From NCBI GenBank assembly GCA_047150005.1, contig AP038806.1, positions 1,440,001-1,504,000 of the forward strand: a DNA stretch of 64,000 nt, read 5' to 3'. The notes beneath the pieces are model-generated. The model saw only the letters and a program-made list of their open reading frames with translations, searched no databases and had not been told where the DNA came from. A program made the position numbers and the translations under genes. The DNA is from Nitrospira sp. Lineage in GTDB: Bacteria; Nitrospirota; Nitrospiria; Nitrospirales; Nitrospiraceae. Positions 1-10,093 of the stretch are shown piece by piece. Position 1 is the first letter of the stretch; each line of letters opens with the position of its first letter.

Positions 1-972
1 GCCGGCCAGCTCACCTTGCTGCACGGCGATGTGCACGATGTCATACAGGTTGGTCACGTCGCCGGCGGCGAAAATGTGAGGCTGTGACGTCCGCATGGTT
101 TCATCAACTACCACTCGCCCATCGATGACCGTAACCCCCGCTTTGTCCAGGTTCAGTTGGTCGATGTTCGGTCGCCGTCCCAACGCCTGGAGAATGAGCG
201 CTCCGTCGGCATGCACTTCGCGTCCCCGGTGACGAAAACGCACCCGCTTACTCGAGCCGGATCCTTCGACTCGCTCCAGAGCCGTGCCGGTGAACACCGC
301 GATACCTTCCTCCAGCAAGGCTTGCTCCAACGCGGATCCGACATCCGCATCAAGGTGTGAGAGCAGATGACCGCTCCGTTGAATGATCGTCACCGTGGTG
401 CCGATCCGGGCAAAAAACTGACCGAATTCTAGGGCGACCGGGCCACCGCCCAACACCACCATCGACGCGGGCCGATCCCGCAGATCAAGCAAGGCATCGC
501 TGGTCAGATATCCTGTTTCGTTCAATCCCGGCACCGACACATCGTTCGGCGTCGATCCGGTGGCGATGACGAACGCCTTCGCTTCCACTTCTTGCGACCC
601 AACTCGTATGCAGTGAGGAGAGAGAAAGGAGGCGGCACCCTGGTAGGGCGTGAACCGCGGGTCGCGAAGCTGCTCGATGCGATAATCGGCGAACTCCCGG
701 ACCAATCGATCCTTGCGGTCGACGATCTTCTCCAAATCCGCAGTCACCTGCACCGGTGAGAGACCAAACTCCTTGGCCCTCCGCATCAGTCCGGCGATCT
801 CAGCCGTGCGCAGGATGGTCTTGGTCGGCATGCAGCCTCGCAGGATGCAGAGTCCTCCGAGCGGGCCCTGATCGACGATCGCCACGTGTGCGCCCCGATC
901 GGCCGCAGTCCGCGCCGCAGCGTAGCCGGCGGATCCTCCGCCGATGATCACGATGTCATGCGAGTTCGCCAT
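1..972 (-). CDS. Class-I pyridine nucleotide-disulfide oxidoreductase (dihydrolipoamide dehydrogenase/mercuric reductase-like), 3' end runs off the window
   Basis: Not in the ORF track; manual translation from ATG 972 gives MANSHDIVIIGGGSAGYAAA...GGLCILRGCMPTK (GxGxxG FAD motif, redox CxxxxC), later VVLGGGPVALEF NAD(P) motif; GGGAGG RBS upstream. Confidence 0.88.
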   Translation of the reverse strand, partial: MANSHDIVIIGGGSAGYAAARTAADRGAHVAIVDQGPLGGLCILRGCMPTKTILRTAEIAGLMRRAKEFGLSPVQVTADLEKIVDRKDRLVREFADYRIEQLRDPRFTPYQGAASFLSPHCIRVGSQEVEAKAFVIATGSTPNDVSVPGLNETGYLTSDALLDLRDRPASMVVLGGGPVALEFGQFFARIGTTVTIIQRSGHLLSHLDADVGSALEQALLEEGIAVFTGTALERVEGSGSSKRVRFRHRGREVHADGALILQALGRRPNIDQLNLDKAGVTVIDGRVVVDETMRTSQPHIFAAGDVTNLYDIVHIAVQQGELAG

Positions 973-1021
973 GCGCCTCCCTACTGGGATAACTGATCCG
1001 GTTGCCGTATAGTACTACACG

Positions 1022-1240
1022 ATGGTTGAGCCGGGCCGCTATCGCCACTACAAGGGGAACGAGTACGAGGTTGTCGGGACAGCCCGACATTCGGAGACCG
1101 AGGAGGAATTTGTGGTGTATCGCGCCCTGTATGGCGCACGGGGCCTGTGGATCAGACCGCGGGCCATGTTTGAAGAGACGGTCATGGTCGAAGGAAAGCA
1201 AGTACCCCGTTTCCAGTTTCTAAAGCATGGTCCATTGTGA
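1022..1240 (+). CDS. DUF1653 family protein
   Basis: PGRYRHYKGNEYEV...HSETEE..VVYRALYG..LWIRP..MF signature. Confidence 0.88.
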   Translation: MVEPGRYRHYKGNEYEVVGTARHSETEEEFVVYRALYGARGLWIRPRAMFEETVMVEGKQVPRFQFLKHGPL

Positions 1241-1699
1241 GAAGCTGGCCGCTTGCCCCACCCTGACTCCCCGCGCATCCATGATCGTCCACACGCACGC
1301 CCCCTCGACGCGGAACCGGCGGCCGGTCATGGATATTCGCACCCCGCAATAGTCGCTGAAAAAGCCGCGCGAGCGTGCCGTTTCCAACATCCGTTCCCGT
1401 TCGTCCCGATGAACCGGCTCGGCGGTCAGGCGAGACGGGGTTATCACCAACTGTTTCCAGGTCGATTCCCACAAATCCAGCGCCCGGCGATTGCCGTAGT
1501 TCAGAATCGGATCCGCTTCAACTCCGTGGGATACCACCACAAACGGCGCGTCGAACAGCGTGCGCGCTTGGATTTCCGGCGTCCCGGCGCGTTCGATGAG
1601 GTCCCGGCCGATCCAATGCCGATAGCTGTCCAGGAGCCACCCACACCATTGCACCGTCGAAGGCGCCATGCAGCCTGCAGATTCCGCCGCTTCATCCAT
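1220..1699 (-). CDS. MEKHLA domain (PAS-like) protein
   Basis: LFDAPFVVVSHG..ADPILNYGN..AL.LWE...PSRLTAE...Y.GVRIS..GRRF. Confidence 0.88.
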   Translation of the reverse strand: MDEAAESAGCMAPSTVQWCGWLLDSYRHWIGRDLIERAGTPEIQARTLFDAPFVVVSHGVEADPILNYGNRRALDLWESTWKQLVITPSRLTAEPVHRDERERMLETARSRGFFSDYCGVRISMTGRRFRVEGACVWTIMDARGVRVGQAASFSQWTML

Positions 1700-1825
1700 A
1701 CGTCACCAAACAGGACCGGACCCACGTCCTTCGGCCCGACATAAACAGGAAGGAAGCACCCTTGTCAATTCCTAGGTCGACCTCTGTATAATGGGCTGCC
1801 CCGACCCGTGTAACGGAGGAAGTGC

Positions 1826-3229
1826 ATGTCCAGACGGACTCTATTTGACAAGATCTGGGATTCCCATGTCGTGCGGCAGGAGCCGGACGGCACGACCCTG
1901 CTCTATATCGATCGCCAATTAGTCCATGAAGTGACCTCACCTCAAGCATTCGAGGGGCTGAAGCTCGCCGGCCGTCGACCCCGCCGACCCGCCGCCACGC
2001 TGGCGGTGCCGGACCACAACGTGCCGACGACGGACCGCCGCCTGGGGATCGCCGATGCGATCAGTGCCAAGCAGATCCGGACGCTGGAGGACAACTGCCG
2101 CGAGTTCGGCATCACGCTGTTCGGCATGGACGATCCGCGGCAGGGCATTGTTCACGTCATCGGTCCCGAGCAGGGATTCACTCTGCCGGGAACGACGATC
2201 GTGTGCGGCGATTCGCATACCTCGACCCACGGCGCGTTCGGCGCCCTGGCCTTCGGCATCGGCACGAGCGAGGTCGAGCACGTGCTTGCCACGCAATGTC
2301 TCGTGCAGAAGCGGCCCAAGACCATGGAAATCCGAGTCGACGGCGTACTGTCTCCCCGCTGTTCGGCTAAAGATGTCATCCTGGCGATCATTGGCAAGAT
2401 CGGGACGGCCGGCGGCACCGGCTACGTGGTGGAATACACCGGGTCGACGATCATGGGCCTGAGCATGGAAGGCAGAATGACGCTGTGCAACATGTCGATC
2501 GAGGGTGGGGCGCGGGCCGGCCTGGTGGCTCCCGACGACAAAACCTTCGCATATCTCAAAGGACGGCCGCTCGCGCCGCAAGGAGATCTTTTCGAGCGGG
2601 CGGTTCAAGCCTGGCGACGGCTCGAGACCGATCCAGGCGCCAGCTACGACGCGACGGTCGCGCTGCAAGCCGAAACCATCGCGCCGCAAGTCAGTTGGGG
2701 AACGAGCCCCGGCATGGTGACCGGCGTGGACGGCCGCGTTCCGGATCCCCGGAGCCTGGCCGACGACAAAGCCAGGCAGGCAGTGGAGCGCGCGCTCGAG
2801 TACATGGGCTTGACGGCGAACATGCCGATCACGGAGATCAAGATCGACAAGGTGTTCATCGGGTCCTGCACCAATTCACGCATCGAGGATCTTCGCGTCG
2901 CCGCAGGATTCGCCAAGGGGAAACGAGTCGCCAAGACCGTGCACGCCATGATCGTTCCCGGATCAGGATTGGTCAAGCAACAGGCTGAGAACGAAGGGCT
3001 CGACAAAGTCTTTCTGGAGGCGGGATTCGAGTGGCGGGAAGCCGGCTGCAGCATGTGCCTGGCGATGAATGCCGACATCCTTCAACCGGGCGAACGCTGC
3101 GCCTCGACGAGCAATCGAAACTTTGAGGGGCGTCAGGGCGCGGGAGGCCGAACCCATCTGGTGTCACCCGCCATGGCGGTCGCCGCCGCGGTCGAAGGGC
3201 ATTTCGTCGATATCCGACATTGGAGATAG
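1826..3229 (+). CDS. leuC: 3-isopropylmalate dehydratase large subunit
   Basis: [51 protein letters not shown]. Confidence 0.97.
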   Translation: MSRRTLFDKIWDSHVVRQEPDGTTLLYIDRQLVHEVTSPQAFEGLKLAGRRPRRPAATLAVPDHNVPTTDRRLGIADAISAKQIRTLEDNCREFGITLFGMDDPRQGIVHVIGPEQGFTLPGTTIVCGDSHTSTHGAFGALAFGIGTSEVEHVLATQCLVQKRPKTMEIRVDGVLSPRCSAKDVILAIIGKIGTAGGTGYVVEYTGSTIMGLSMEGRMTLCNMSIEGGARAGLVAPDDKTFAYLKGRPLAPQGDLFERAVQAWRRLETDPGASYDATVALQAETIAPQVSWGTSPGMVTGVDGRVPDPRSLADDKARQAVERALEYMGLTANMPITEIKIDKVFIGSCTNSRIEDLRVAAGFAKGKRVAKTVHAMIVPGSGLVKQQAENEGLDKVFLEAGFEWREAGCSMCLAMNADILQPGERCASTSNRNFEGRQGAGGRTHLVSPAMAVAAAVEGHFVDIRHWR

Positions 3230-3239
3230 GCAGGAACGT

Positions 3240-3863
3240 ATGCAAGCATTCACCCAGATGACCGGAATCGTGGCCCCGCTCGATCGTGTGAACGTCGACA
3301 CGGATCAGATCATTCCGAAGCAATTTCTGAAGACCATCAAGCGGACCGGCCTCCGCGAGGGCCTTTTCTACGATTGGCGAAAACGGAAGGACGGATCGCC
3401 GGACCCCGATTTCTTTCTCAATCAGCGCCGCTACCACGATGCGGCGATTCTCCTGACGCGCGACAATTTCGGCTGCGGGTCATCTCGGGAACATGCGCCC
3501 TGGGCTCTACTCGATCAGGGGTTTCGTTGCGTGATCGCCTCCAGCTTCGCCGACATCTTCTACAACAACTGCTTTCAAAACGGCATCCTGCCGGTCGTCC
3601 TGACGTCCGACGACGTCCAATCCCTCATGAAGGACGTCTTGGCCACGGAAGGATATAGGCTCGCCGTGGATCTCGGCCAACAAATGGTCACCGCCCCGAC
3701 CGGAGTGTCGTATCGCTTCGAGATCGATGCATTCAGAAAGGATTGTCTCTATCGGGGCCTTGACGCCATCGGTCTCACCCTGCAACACGAAGCGGCCATC
3801 ACCGCGTATGAAGCCAAGCGAAAAACCGACGCGCCCTGGCTTTTTCTCGATCTCCCTTCCTAG
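3240..3863 (+). CDS. leuD: 3-isopropylmalate dehydratase small subunit
   Basis: Start MQAFTQ at ATG 3240; [37 protein letters not shown]; follows leuC. Confidence 0.96.
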   Translation: MQAFTQMTGIVAPLDRVNVDTDQIIPKQFLKTIKRTGLREGLFYDWRKRKDGSPDPDFFLNQRRYHDAAILLTRDNFGCGSSREHAPWALLDQGFRCVIASSFADIFYNNCFQNGILPVVLTSDDVQSLMKDVLATEGYRLAVDLGQQMVTAPTGVSYRFEIDAFRKDCLYRGLDAIGLTLQHEAAITAYEAKRKTDAPWLFLDLPS

Positions 3864-3878
3864 TCGAGGAGGTTTCTC

Positions 3879-4238
3879 GTGAGGTGGCTCTGGCGACCGC
3901 GACTGCTGTTCACCGTGCTGTTCTTTTTCGGCGCGGCGTACATGCTGGTGGCCCTGAACTACAGCTATTCGGACGGCAATAGAGCCGGCTACATCCAAAA
4001 ACTGTCGACCAAGGGCTGGGTGTGCAAGACCACGGAGGGAGAATTGGCCATGACGACGGTGCCGGGCGTGGCCCCCGTCCTTTGGGAATTCAGCGTGTGG
4101 GACGAGAACGTCGCGGCGCAGTTGGTGCAGTTGATGGGAAAGAGACTGGTGTTGCACTACAAGGAGTATCGCTATCTTCCCACTACGTGTTTCGGGGAGA
4201 CGCCGTACTTTGTGGATCGCGTCGAGGTACAGGAATAG
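3879..4238 (+). CDS. Conserved hypothetical membrane-anchored protein
   Basis: N-terminal hydrophobic segment then YSYSDGNRAG..QKLS.KGWVCKT.EGEL; GAGGAGG RBS. Confidence 0.7.
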   Translation: MRWLWRPRLLFTVLFFFGAAYMLVALNYSYSDGNRAGYIQKLSTKGWVCKTTEGELAMTTVPGVAPVLWEFSVWDENVAAQLVQLMGKRLVLHYKEYRYLPTTCFGETPYFVDRVEVQE

Positions 4239-4245
4239 CGCCCGC

Positions 4246-5301
4246 TTACAGCCATCTTTTCTTCCTGAACAGCACGAGCATCGCGATGCCGACCACGGCC
4301 ATGACTCCCAAGACGAGGGGATAGCCCCATTCCGCCCGAAGCTCGGGCATGTGCTCGAAATTCATCCCGTAGATGCTCGCGATGAAGCTCAGCGGCATGA
4401 AGATCGTCGTGATCACGGTCAACATCCGCATGACGCTGTTCAGACGGTAGCTGACGCTGGAGAGATAGATGTCGAGACTGGCCGAGACCATTTCGCGCAA
4501 GGTTTCGATCGTATCCACGATCTGCACCACATGATCGTACACGTCACGGAGAAAGACTTTGGTCGGTTGCTGGAGAAAGGGGCAATCCGACCGCGACAGA
4601 TTGTTCATCACGTCTCGCAATGGCCAGACGGCGCGGCGCAGAAAGAGCAATTGACGCTTGAGCGCGTGAATGTCACGGAGCGTCTCCGGCTGCGGATCGG
4701 CCACCACCAGTTGCTGCAAGGACTCGATCTTTTCGCCGACCACCTCCAACACAGCAAAGTACTGGTCCACGATCGCGTCGATCAGCGCATGACAGAGATA
4801 GTCCGCGCCGGACTGCCGTAGGCGGCCTTTTCCGCCGCGCAGCCTCTCGCGTACCGGCTGGAATGCATCGGTTCCGTTTTCCTGAAACGACAAAACGTAG
4901 TTCCGCCCCAGGACCAGACTGACCTGCTCGACCATCACGTTCTGGGTCTCGGTCAGGGTCAACATCTTCGTCACGAGAAAGAAATAGGTCTCGTAGTCGT
5001 CCAGCTTGGGACGCTGGTCGGTGTTGGCGATATCTTCCAGCAGGAGTGCGTGGAGACCGAACTGTTTGCCGAACGTTTCCAACACATCCATACGGTGCAC
5101 TCCGCTGACGTTGATCCACACGACCGATTCGTCGGTCGGCGGCGCGAGCGTGGCCGGGTCATCCACGTGCCGTTCCTCGCAGTATCCGCCGGCATAGTGA
5201 AAGGCCGTGATGGTGACGGTCTCGGACTTCTTCTCGCCGATGTGAACGATGGTTCCCGGCGGAAGTCCGGTCTTCTTCGAACGCTTTTGGACCAGTTTCA
5301 T
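4246..5301 (-). CDS. corA: Magnesium/cobalt transporter CorA
   Basis: Start MKLVQKRSKKTGLPPG at 5301; QRPKLD, C-terminal TM helices with YGMNF signature and MPEL. Confidence 0.95.
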   Translation of the reverse strand: MKLVQKRSKKTGLPPGTIVHIGEKKSETVTITAFHYAGGYCEERHVDDPATLAPPTDESVVWINVSGVHRMDVLETFGKQFGLHALLLEDIANTDQRPKLDDYETYFFLVTKMLTLTETQNVMVEQVSLVLGRNYVLSFQENGTDAFQPVRERLRGGKGRLRQSGADYLCHALIDAIVDQYFAVLEVVGEKIESLQQLVVADPQPETLRDIHALKRQLLFLRRAVWPLRDVMNNLSRSDCPFLQQPTKVFLRDVYDHVVQIVDTIETLREMVSASLDIYLSSVSYRLNSVMRMLTVITTIFMPLSFIASIYGMNFEHMPELRAEWGYPLVLGVMAVVGIAMLVLFRKKRWL

Positions 5302-5497
5302 GGGTGACCTGACGGGCCGTGGGAGCAAACCGTTCCGACATGTGCGGCAGGACCCGCCAGGAGAGAGCCTGTCGGTTGATCGGCCACTCTCCACGCCGAC
5401 GCCATGCCGCCCCGTCTCCGCCCTCCGATACGGTGCCCTCGTGCGCGGGCCACGAATGTGGAAGATCTTCTCGGGAGCTTGCAGCGGATCCGCTCTG

Positions 5498-5526
5498 CTT
5501 GTACGCAGGTTTTTGCAGTGGGTCAA
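5498..5526 (-). promoter_or_regulatory. Putative sigma70 promoter for corA
   Basis: TTGACC-N17-TACAAG on the minus strand, ~195 nt upstream of the corA start. Confidence 0.4.
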
Positions 5527-5623
5527 GTGGCGTGCCGTACGAGGTTTGCGACTTTCCCCTTTGACCGCCATGCGAGACCTGATAGGCTGAGATATACGGG
5601 GTCCGAAGGTCAGTATTCAGTAT

Positions 5624-6421
5624 ATGGATCGAGAACTCAACCTGCTGGTCGAATCCGTGCGCGAAGCCGGGGTCAGGGCGCTGGAATTGTCGCGCATCGG
5701 TTTTGACGTGCAGACCAAGAGGGATCGATCTCCGGTGACGACCGCCGATCTCGAAGTCAATCGAATACTTCACGAGATGCAGCAGAAGCACTTTCCAGAA
5801 GACGGGTGGCTGTCGGAGGAATCTCCGGACGATCCGGCGCGACTGGGGCGCGCCCGGGTCTGGATCGTCGATCCCATCGACGGAACCAGGGCCTTCATCA
5901 AGAAACTGCCGGAGTTCTGCATCTCCGCCGCACTGGTCGAGAACGGCCGGCCCCTTGCGGCGGTCATTTTCAATCCCTCGACCGACGAGCTGTTCTCCGC
6001 CGTTCGAGGCGGCGGCCTCCGGGTCAACGGCAAGCCGGTCTCCAGGCCGACCACGACGGACCCTCCGCTCGTGATGGTCAGTCCGGGAGAGTTTCGCGGC
6101 GGCCGTTGGACCGGATTGGGTGAAGGCGTCAGAACCAGCCCCTTCCATTCCATCGCCCATGCCCTGACCCTCGTCGCGACCGACCGAGCCCAAGCCGCAG
6201 TCACGGCCGAGAAGGAAAACGAATGGGATCTCGCGGCCGGAGTTCTGCTGATCGAAGAGGCGGGCGGCATGGTCGAAGACGCCGATTGCAGTTCCCTGAA
6301 ATTCAATCAGCCCGTTCCTCAATTCACAGGCTTGCTCGCCCTGGCAGGAATGCCCGAACCTCACCTGCAGCCGCTCCTGCGAAGCCACGTCGCTCGAACC
6401 GGCAAACAGGCGCCGCGATGA
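5624..6421 (+). CDS. Inositol monophosphatase / CysQ-like 3'(2'),5'-bisphosphate nucleotidase
   Basis: PVTTADL, LSEES, WIVDPIDGT, EWDLAAG..LIEEAGG motifs. Confidence 0.9.
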   Translation: MDRELNLLVESVREAGVRALELSRIGFDVQTKRDRSPVTTADLEVNRILHEMQQKHFPEDGWLSEESPDDPARLGRARVWIVDPIDGTRAFIKKLPEFCISAALVENGRPLAAVIFNPSTDELFSAVRGGGLRVNGKPVSRPTTTDPPLVMVSPGEFRGGRWTGLGEGVRTSPFHSIAHALTLVATDRAQAAVTAEKENEWDLAAGVLLIEEAGGMVEDADCSSLKFNQPVPQFTGLLALAGMPEPHLQPLLRSHVARTGKQAPR

Positions 6422-7308
6422 CGCAGCCCGAAACAGTCGCCCTCCTCGGCACCGGCCTGCTGGGAGGCGCCATCGCCGAGCGGTTGCACCACGGCGGCCT
6501 GTCCATCATCGCGTATAACAGAACAGCCTCCAAGACTCGTGTCCTGCGCTCGAAGGGAATCGCTATCGCGGAGCATCCCGAGGATGCCATTGCACAGGCC
6601 GACGGGATCATCCTGGTCCTGACCGATGCAGCAGCGATCCGGTCGATGCTGCTGAGTCCGCTCTCGTCGCGACGCCTGTCCGGCAAGACGGTGATTCAGA
6701 TGGGGACGATCGGCCCCGATGAGAGTCGGGTGCTGCAGCGAGACTTCGGTGATCTCGGCGCGGAATATTGCGAAGCTCCCGTGCTCGGAAGTCTGACCGA
6801 GGCGAAGGCCGGAACACTCTTGGTCATGGTCGGAGCCACCGCCGAGCAGTTTGAGGAGTGGCGCTCCATCTGGAACGCCTTGAGCAGGCACCCGCGCTTA
6901 GTCGGCCCGGTGGGCCGCGCCGCGGCGCTGAAGCTTGCCCTCAACCAGCTCATCGCGGCACAGATGGCGGCCTTTTCCCTGAGCCTCGGTGCGGTTCAGC
7001 GATTCGGCATCGACCCCGACACATTCATGGCGGTCCTTCGCGAGAGCGCGCTGTTTGCTCCTGCCTTCGATAAGAAACTTCCACGTCTCCTCAGCCGGCA
7101 GTACGACCAGCCAAATTTTTCAGTGGCACATCTGCTGAAAGATCTTCGTCTGTTCGGTCGCCTTGCAGACGGCCTGCACCTTCGGTCCGAGTCAGCGGAC
7201 GCTGTCGGGACCCTTCTTGAGGCAACCATCGCGACTGGTCTGCAAGACGCGGACTATTCCGCGTTGTTCGAAGTCGTCAACCCGCCCGGCACGAGTGGGA
7301 CCCAATAG
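6418..7308 (+). CDS. NAD(P)-dependent oxidoreductase, 3-hydroxyisobutyrate dehydrogenase family
   Basis: Start MTQPETV (ATGA overlap with upstream stop); LLGTGLLG, YNRT, EAPVLGS, LKLALNQ. Confidence 0.88.
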   Translation: MTQPETVALLGTGLLGGAIAERLHHGGLSIIAYNRTASKTRVLRSKGIAIAEHPEDAIAQADGIILVLTDAAAIRSMLLSPLSSRRLSGKTVIQMGTIGPDESRVLQRDFGDLGAEYCEAPVLGSLTEAKAGTLLVMVGATAEQFEEWRSIWNALSRHPRLVGPVGRAAALKLALNQLIAAQMAAFSLSLGAVQRFGIDPDTFMAVLRESALFAPAFDKKLPRLLSRQYDQPNFSVAHLLKDLRLFGRLADGLHLRSESADAVGTLLEATIATGLQDADYSALFEVVNPPGTSGTQ

Positions 7309-7426
7309 ATCCGCCCAGGAAATCCGCCACGGACCCGTCGGCACTTCGCAAATTCCTTGTAGATCACCGGGAATCTTTTATACTGGGAATGGTCGAACTC
7401 AATAACAAAATCATAGCGATCCATAC

Positions 7427-9190
7427 GTGCGTACCGCTGTACACAAGCCGAGCAGAGCACCGATCAATCCCGAGGCCTTCGACTCTCTGGTGACCGACGG
7501 ATTCATTCGCCAGGCGGACTTGGTCAAAGCATTTCAGACCGCGTTAGCCGGCACCGCTGAGTTGGAATCGCTCCTGCTGGATAAGTATCACGTTCCGAAG
7601 GCTGACCTCGGCAAGGCGCTCAGCACGTTCTTTGGCTGTCCGTACGTGCCGTTCGATGAGCGATCGGTCGCCGATCCGAGCCTGCTCAAGGATCTCAGCT
7701 ACGACTATCTGAAGAAGTATCACTGGATTCCATTCCGGCGTTATGAACAGGTGATCGATGTCCTGATCGACAACCCCCATGACCTGGAGAAGGGCCACGA
7801 CATCCGCCGCGCGTTCCCGGGCCTCACTATCCGGTTCTCGGTCAGTCTCCAGCGCGATATCCAGCGGTATCTCCAGCTGGCCAGCGGCGACGGCGATATG
7901 GGTTCGATCAGCGACACGCTGGGGGAGTTGCGGTCGGAAGCGCGCTCGGAACGGGATGCCGACGAAGAAGGGGATTCCATCGACGAGAACAATTCCGCGA
8001 TCGTCCGGCTCGCCAATCAGATCATCGTCGAGGCTTACCGCAAAGAAGCGTCCGACATTCACGTCGAGCCTTACTCGGATCGCAAGGAAACCGCGGTTCG
8101 CTTTCGTGTGGACGGCACGTGTGCAACCTACATGCGGGTGCCGGCCGCCTACCGCCGGGCGCTGGTTTCACGCATGAAGATCATGGCGAGTCTGGATATC
8201 GCAGAGCGCCGGAAACCGCAGGACGGCAAGATCCGCTTCAAGCTCGGTGACGAGCGCTTGATTGAGTTGCGCGTGGCGACGTTGCCGACGGCGGGCGGCA
8301 ATGAAGACGTGGCTCTCCGCATTCTCAGTGCCAAGGAGCCGCTGCCCCTCGAAGCGATGGAATTCTCCCCGCGCGAATTGGCCATTCTGCTCGAGCTGGC
8401 CGACAAACCTCACGGGCTCATCCTGTGCGTCGGGCCGACCGGGTCCGGGAAGACTACCACGCTGCACGCCATACTCCGGCACCTCAATACGGACGAACGC
8501 AAGATCTGGACGGCGGAAGATCCGATCGAGATCACGCAAGAAGGGTTGCGGCAAGTCCAGGTCCACCCGCGCATCGGTTTCACGTTCGCATCCGCGATGC
8601 GATCGTTCCTCCGCGCGGATCCTGACGTCATCATGATCGGCGAGATGCGCGACAAGGAGACCGCCGAGGTCGCGATCGAGGCTTCCTTGACCGGACATTT
8701 GGTGCTCAGTACGTTGCACACCAACAGTGCCGTCGAAACCGTATCGCGGCTGCTGGATATGGGATGCGATTCCTTTAATTTTGCCGACTCCATGCTGTGC
8801 GTGATCGCCAAGCGTTTGTGCAAGCGGCTCTGCACAGCCTGCAAACAGTCGTATCATCCCTCCAGGCAGGAGTACGACGAACTCGCCGCCGCGTATGGGA
8901 CGGAGGCCTGGGAACGACTGGGCATTCCGTACGACGAAGCGTTCCTGTTGAACAGGAACCAGGGATGCGAAGCCTGTCATCATACGGGATTCAAGGGAAG
9001 AGTGCCGCTGCACGAAATGTTCTGCAACTCCGACGAGCTGAAGAACATGATTCAGAGCCGCGCCAGAACCTCGGACATGCAGCGGGCCGCCACGCAGGCA
9101 GGCATGACCACGTTGATGCAGGATGGGATACGGAAAGTGCTCGGCGGCGTGACGACGTTCAAGCAGGTACGAACCGTTGCGATGAAATGA
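7427..9190 (+). CDS. GspE/PulE/PilB family secretion or pilus ATPase
   Basis: ASDIHVEP, LDIAERRKPQDG, Walker A GPTGSGKT, LRADPDVIMIGEMRD, TGHLVLSTLHTN, CxxC...CxxC zinc motif. Confidence 0.93.
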   Translation: MRTAVHKPSRAPINPEAFDSLVTDGFIRQADLVKAFQTALAGTAELESLLLDKYHVPKADLGKALSTFFGCPYVPFDERSVADPSLLKDLSYDYLKKYHWIPFRRYEQVIDVLIDNPHDLEKGHDIRRAFPGLTIRFSVSLQRDIQRYLQLASGDGDMGSISDTLGELRSEARSERDADEEGDSIDENNSAIVRLANQIIVEAYRKEASDIHVEPYSDRKETAVRFRVDGTCATYMRVPAAYRRALVSRMKIMASLDIAERRKPQDGKIRFKLGDERLIELRVATLPTAGGNEDVALRILSAKEPLPLEAMEFSPRELAILLELADKPHGLILCVGPTGSGKTTTLHAILRHLNTDERKIWTAEDPIEITQEGLRQVQVHPRIGFTFASAMRSFLRADPDVIMIGEMRDKETAEVAIEASLTGHLVLSTLHTNSAVETVSRLLDMGCDSFNFADSMLCVIAKRLCKRLCTACKQSYHPSRQEYDELAAAYGTEAWERLGIPYDEAFLLNRNQGCEACHHTGFKGRVPLHEMFCNSDELKNMIQSRARTSDMQRAATQAGMTTLMQDGIRKVLGGVTTFKQVRTVAMK

Positions 9191-9221
9191 TCCGATCAGG
9201 CCGAGCGGAAGCAAAGAGCGT

Positions 9222-9542
9222 TCAGAATCCCGGCGACTGCTCCAGCATGTTCATGAAGTGCTTCAGCCGCTCCCGTTCTTCAGGCCCGACTTTGATATAC
9301 TCCAATCCAAACTGACTTTTCGAAGCCCAGCGAACCGCCGCCAGACTCACCTTGACCGGCGGTTCCCCTTCACGCAAGTGCATATCGAGGCGCAGATACG
9401 TCGCCGTGTCCGGTGTCCGACTGGCCGTGATCATGCAGCCGTCATGAGAGATGTTCAGAATGGTCCCGCCGGCGTCGGCGGTGTCGTCCGTGAAACGAAT
9501 GGGGAGCTGCACCGCAAACCGGGGTGACTTCCTTTGTATCAC
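9222..9542 (-). CDS. PilZ domain protein
   Basis: QRKSPR (RxxxR) and NISHDG (D/NxSxxG) c-di-GMP motifs; VRW..FGLE. Confidence 0.88.
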   Translation of the reverse strand: MIQRKSPRFAVQLPIRFTDDTADAGGTILNISHDGCMITASRTPDTATYLRLDMHLREGEPPVKVSLAAVRWASKSQFGLEYIKVGPEERERLKHFMNMLEQSPGF

Positions 9543-9584
9543 CGACCTTGGCCTTTCATCGCCGGCAGCCTCCGAACAGGAGGG

Positions 9585-10043
9585 TCACTGAGGAATTTCG
9601 CCACGGGAAGCCGACTGGTTCTTTCTGGTCACGTGGAAGGTTCCCCCTTTCTGCGAAGGGGTGCGGTCCTGGCCGATCCGCGTGTACCACCAGCGCCCCT
9701 CCCCTTCCGAGAAATCGGACGAGAACTCCACTTGAAACCCGCCTTCCCGATCATTCTCGCGTTGCGACCACAGTCCTTCCCAGATCCGCCCCCTCAAAGC
9801 CGTGGTGGCAAACTGTCCGTCCTTCCAGGCATAGGTGCCGTTTCCCTGCTCATCGAGCCGGAGTGTGACGACCGCGCCTTCCTCGTACTCCCATTCCCCG
9901 GCCAAAACGCGGCGGTCTTCGAAGGAATCAGAAAGGACGCTTGCGGGCTCGGGGACTTGGTCCTTGAGCACCGGTTTCGCGCACCCGACTCCGCCCCACA
10001 ACAGCAGGCCTACGAGCAGCGTTCGACAGATGGACCCTTGCAT
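9585..10043 (-). CDS. Hypothetical lipoprotein (start uncertain)
   Basis: Signal peptide with lipobox-like GVGC followed by a Trp/Gly-rich beta domain. Confidence 0.6.
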   Translation of the reverse strand: MQGSICRTLLVGLLLWGGVGCAKPVLKDQVPEPASVLSDSFEDRRVLAGEWEYEEGAVVTLRLDEQGNGTYAWKDGQFATTALRGRIWEGLWSQRENDREGGFQVEFSSDFSEGEGRWWYTRIGQDRTPSQKGGTFHVTRKNQSASRGEIPQ

Positions 10044-10093
10044 ATGTATTGGTTGTATCATCGCCTTGTGATGGCGGCAAGTGTGCGCGATGA

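Noticed and set aside
1..972. Calling the oxidoreductase merA or lpdA
   Set aside because: The diagnostic C-terminus lies outside the window and there are no mer or pdh neighbours
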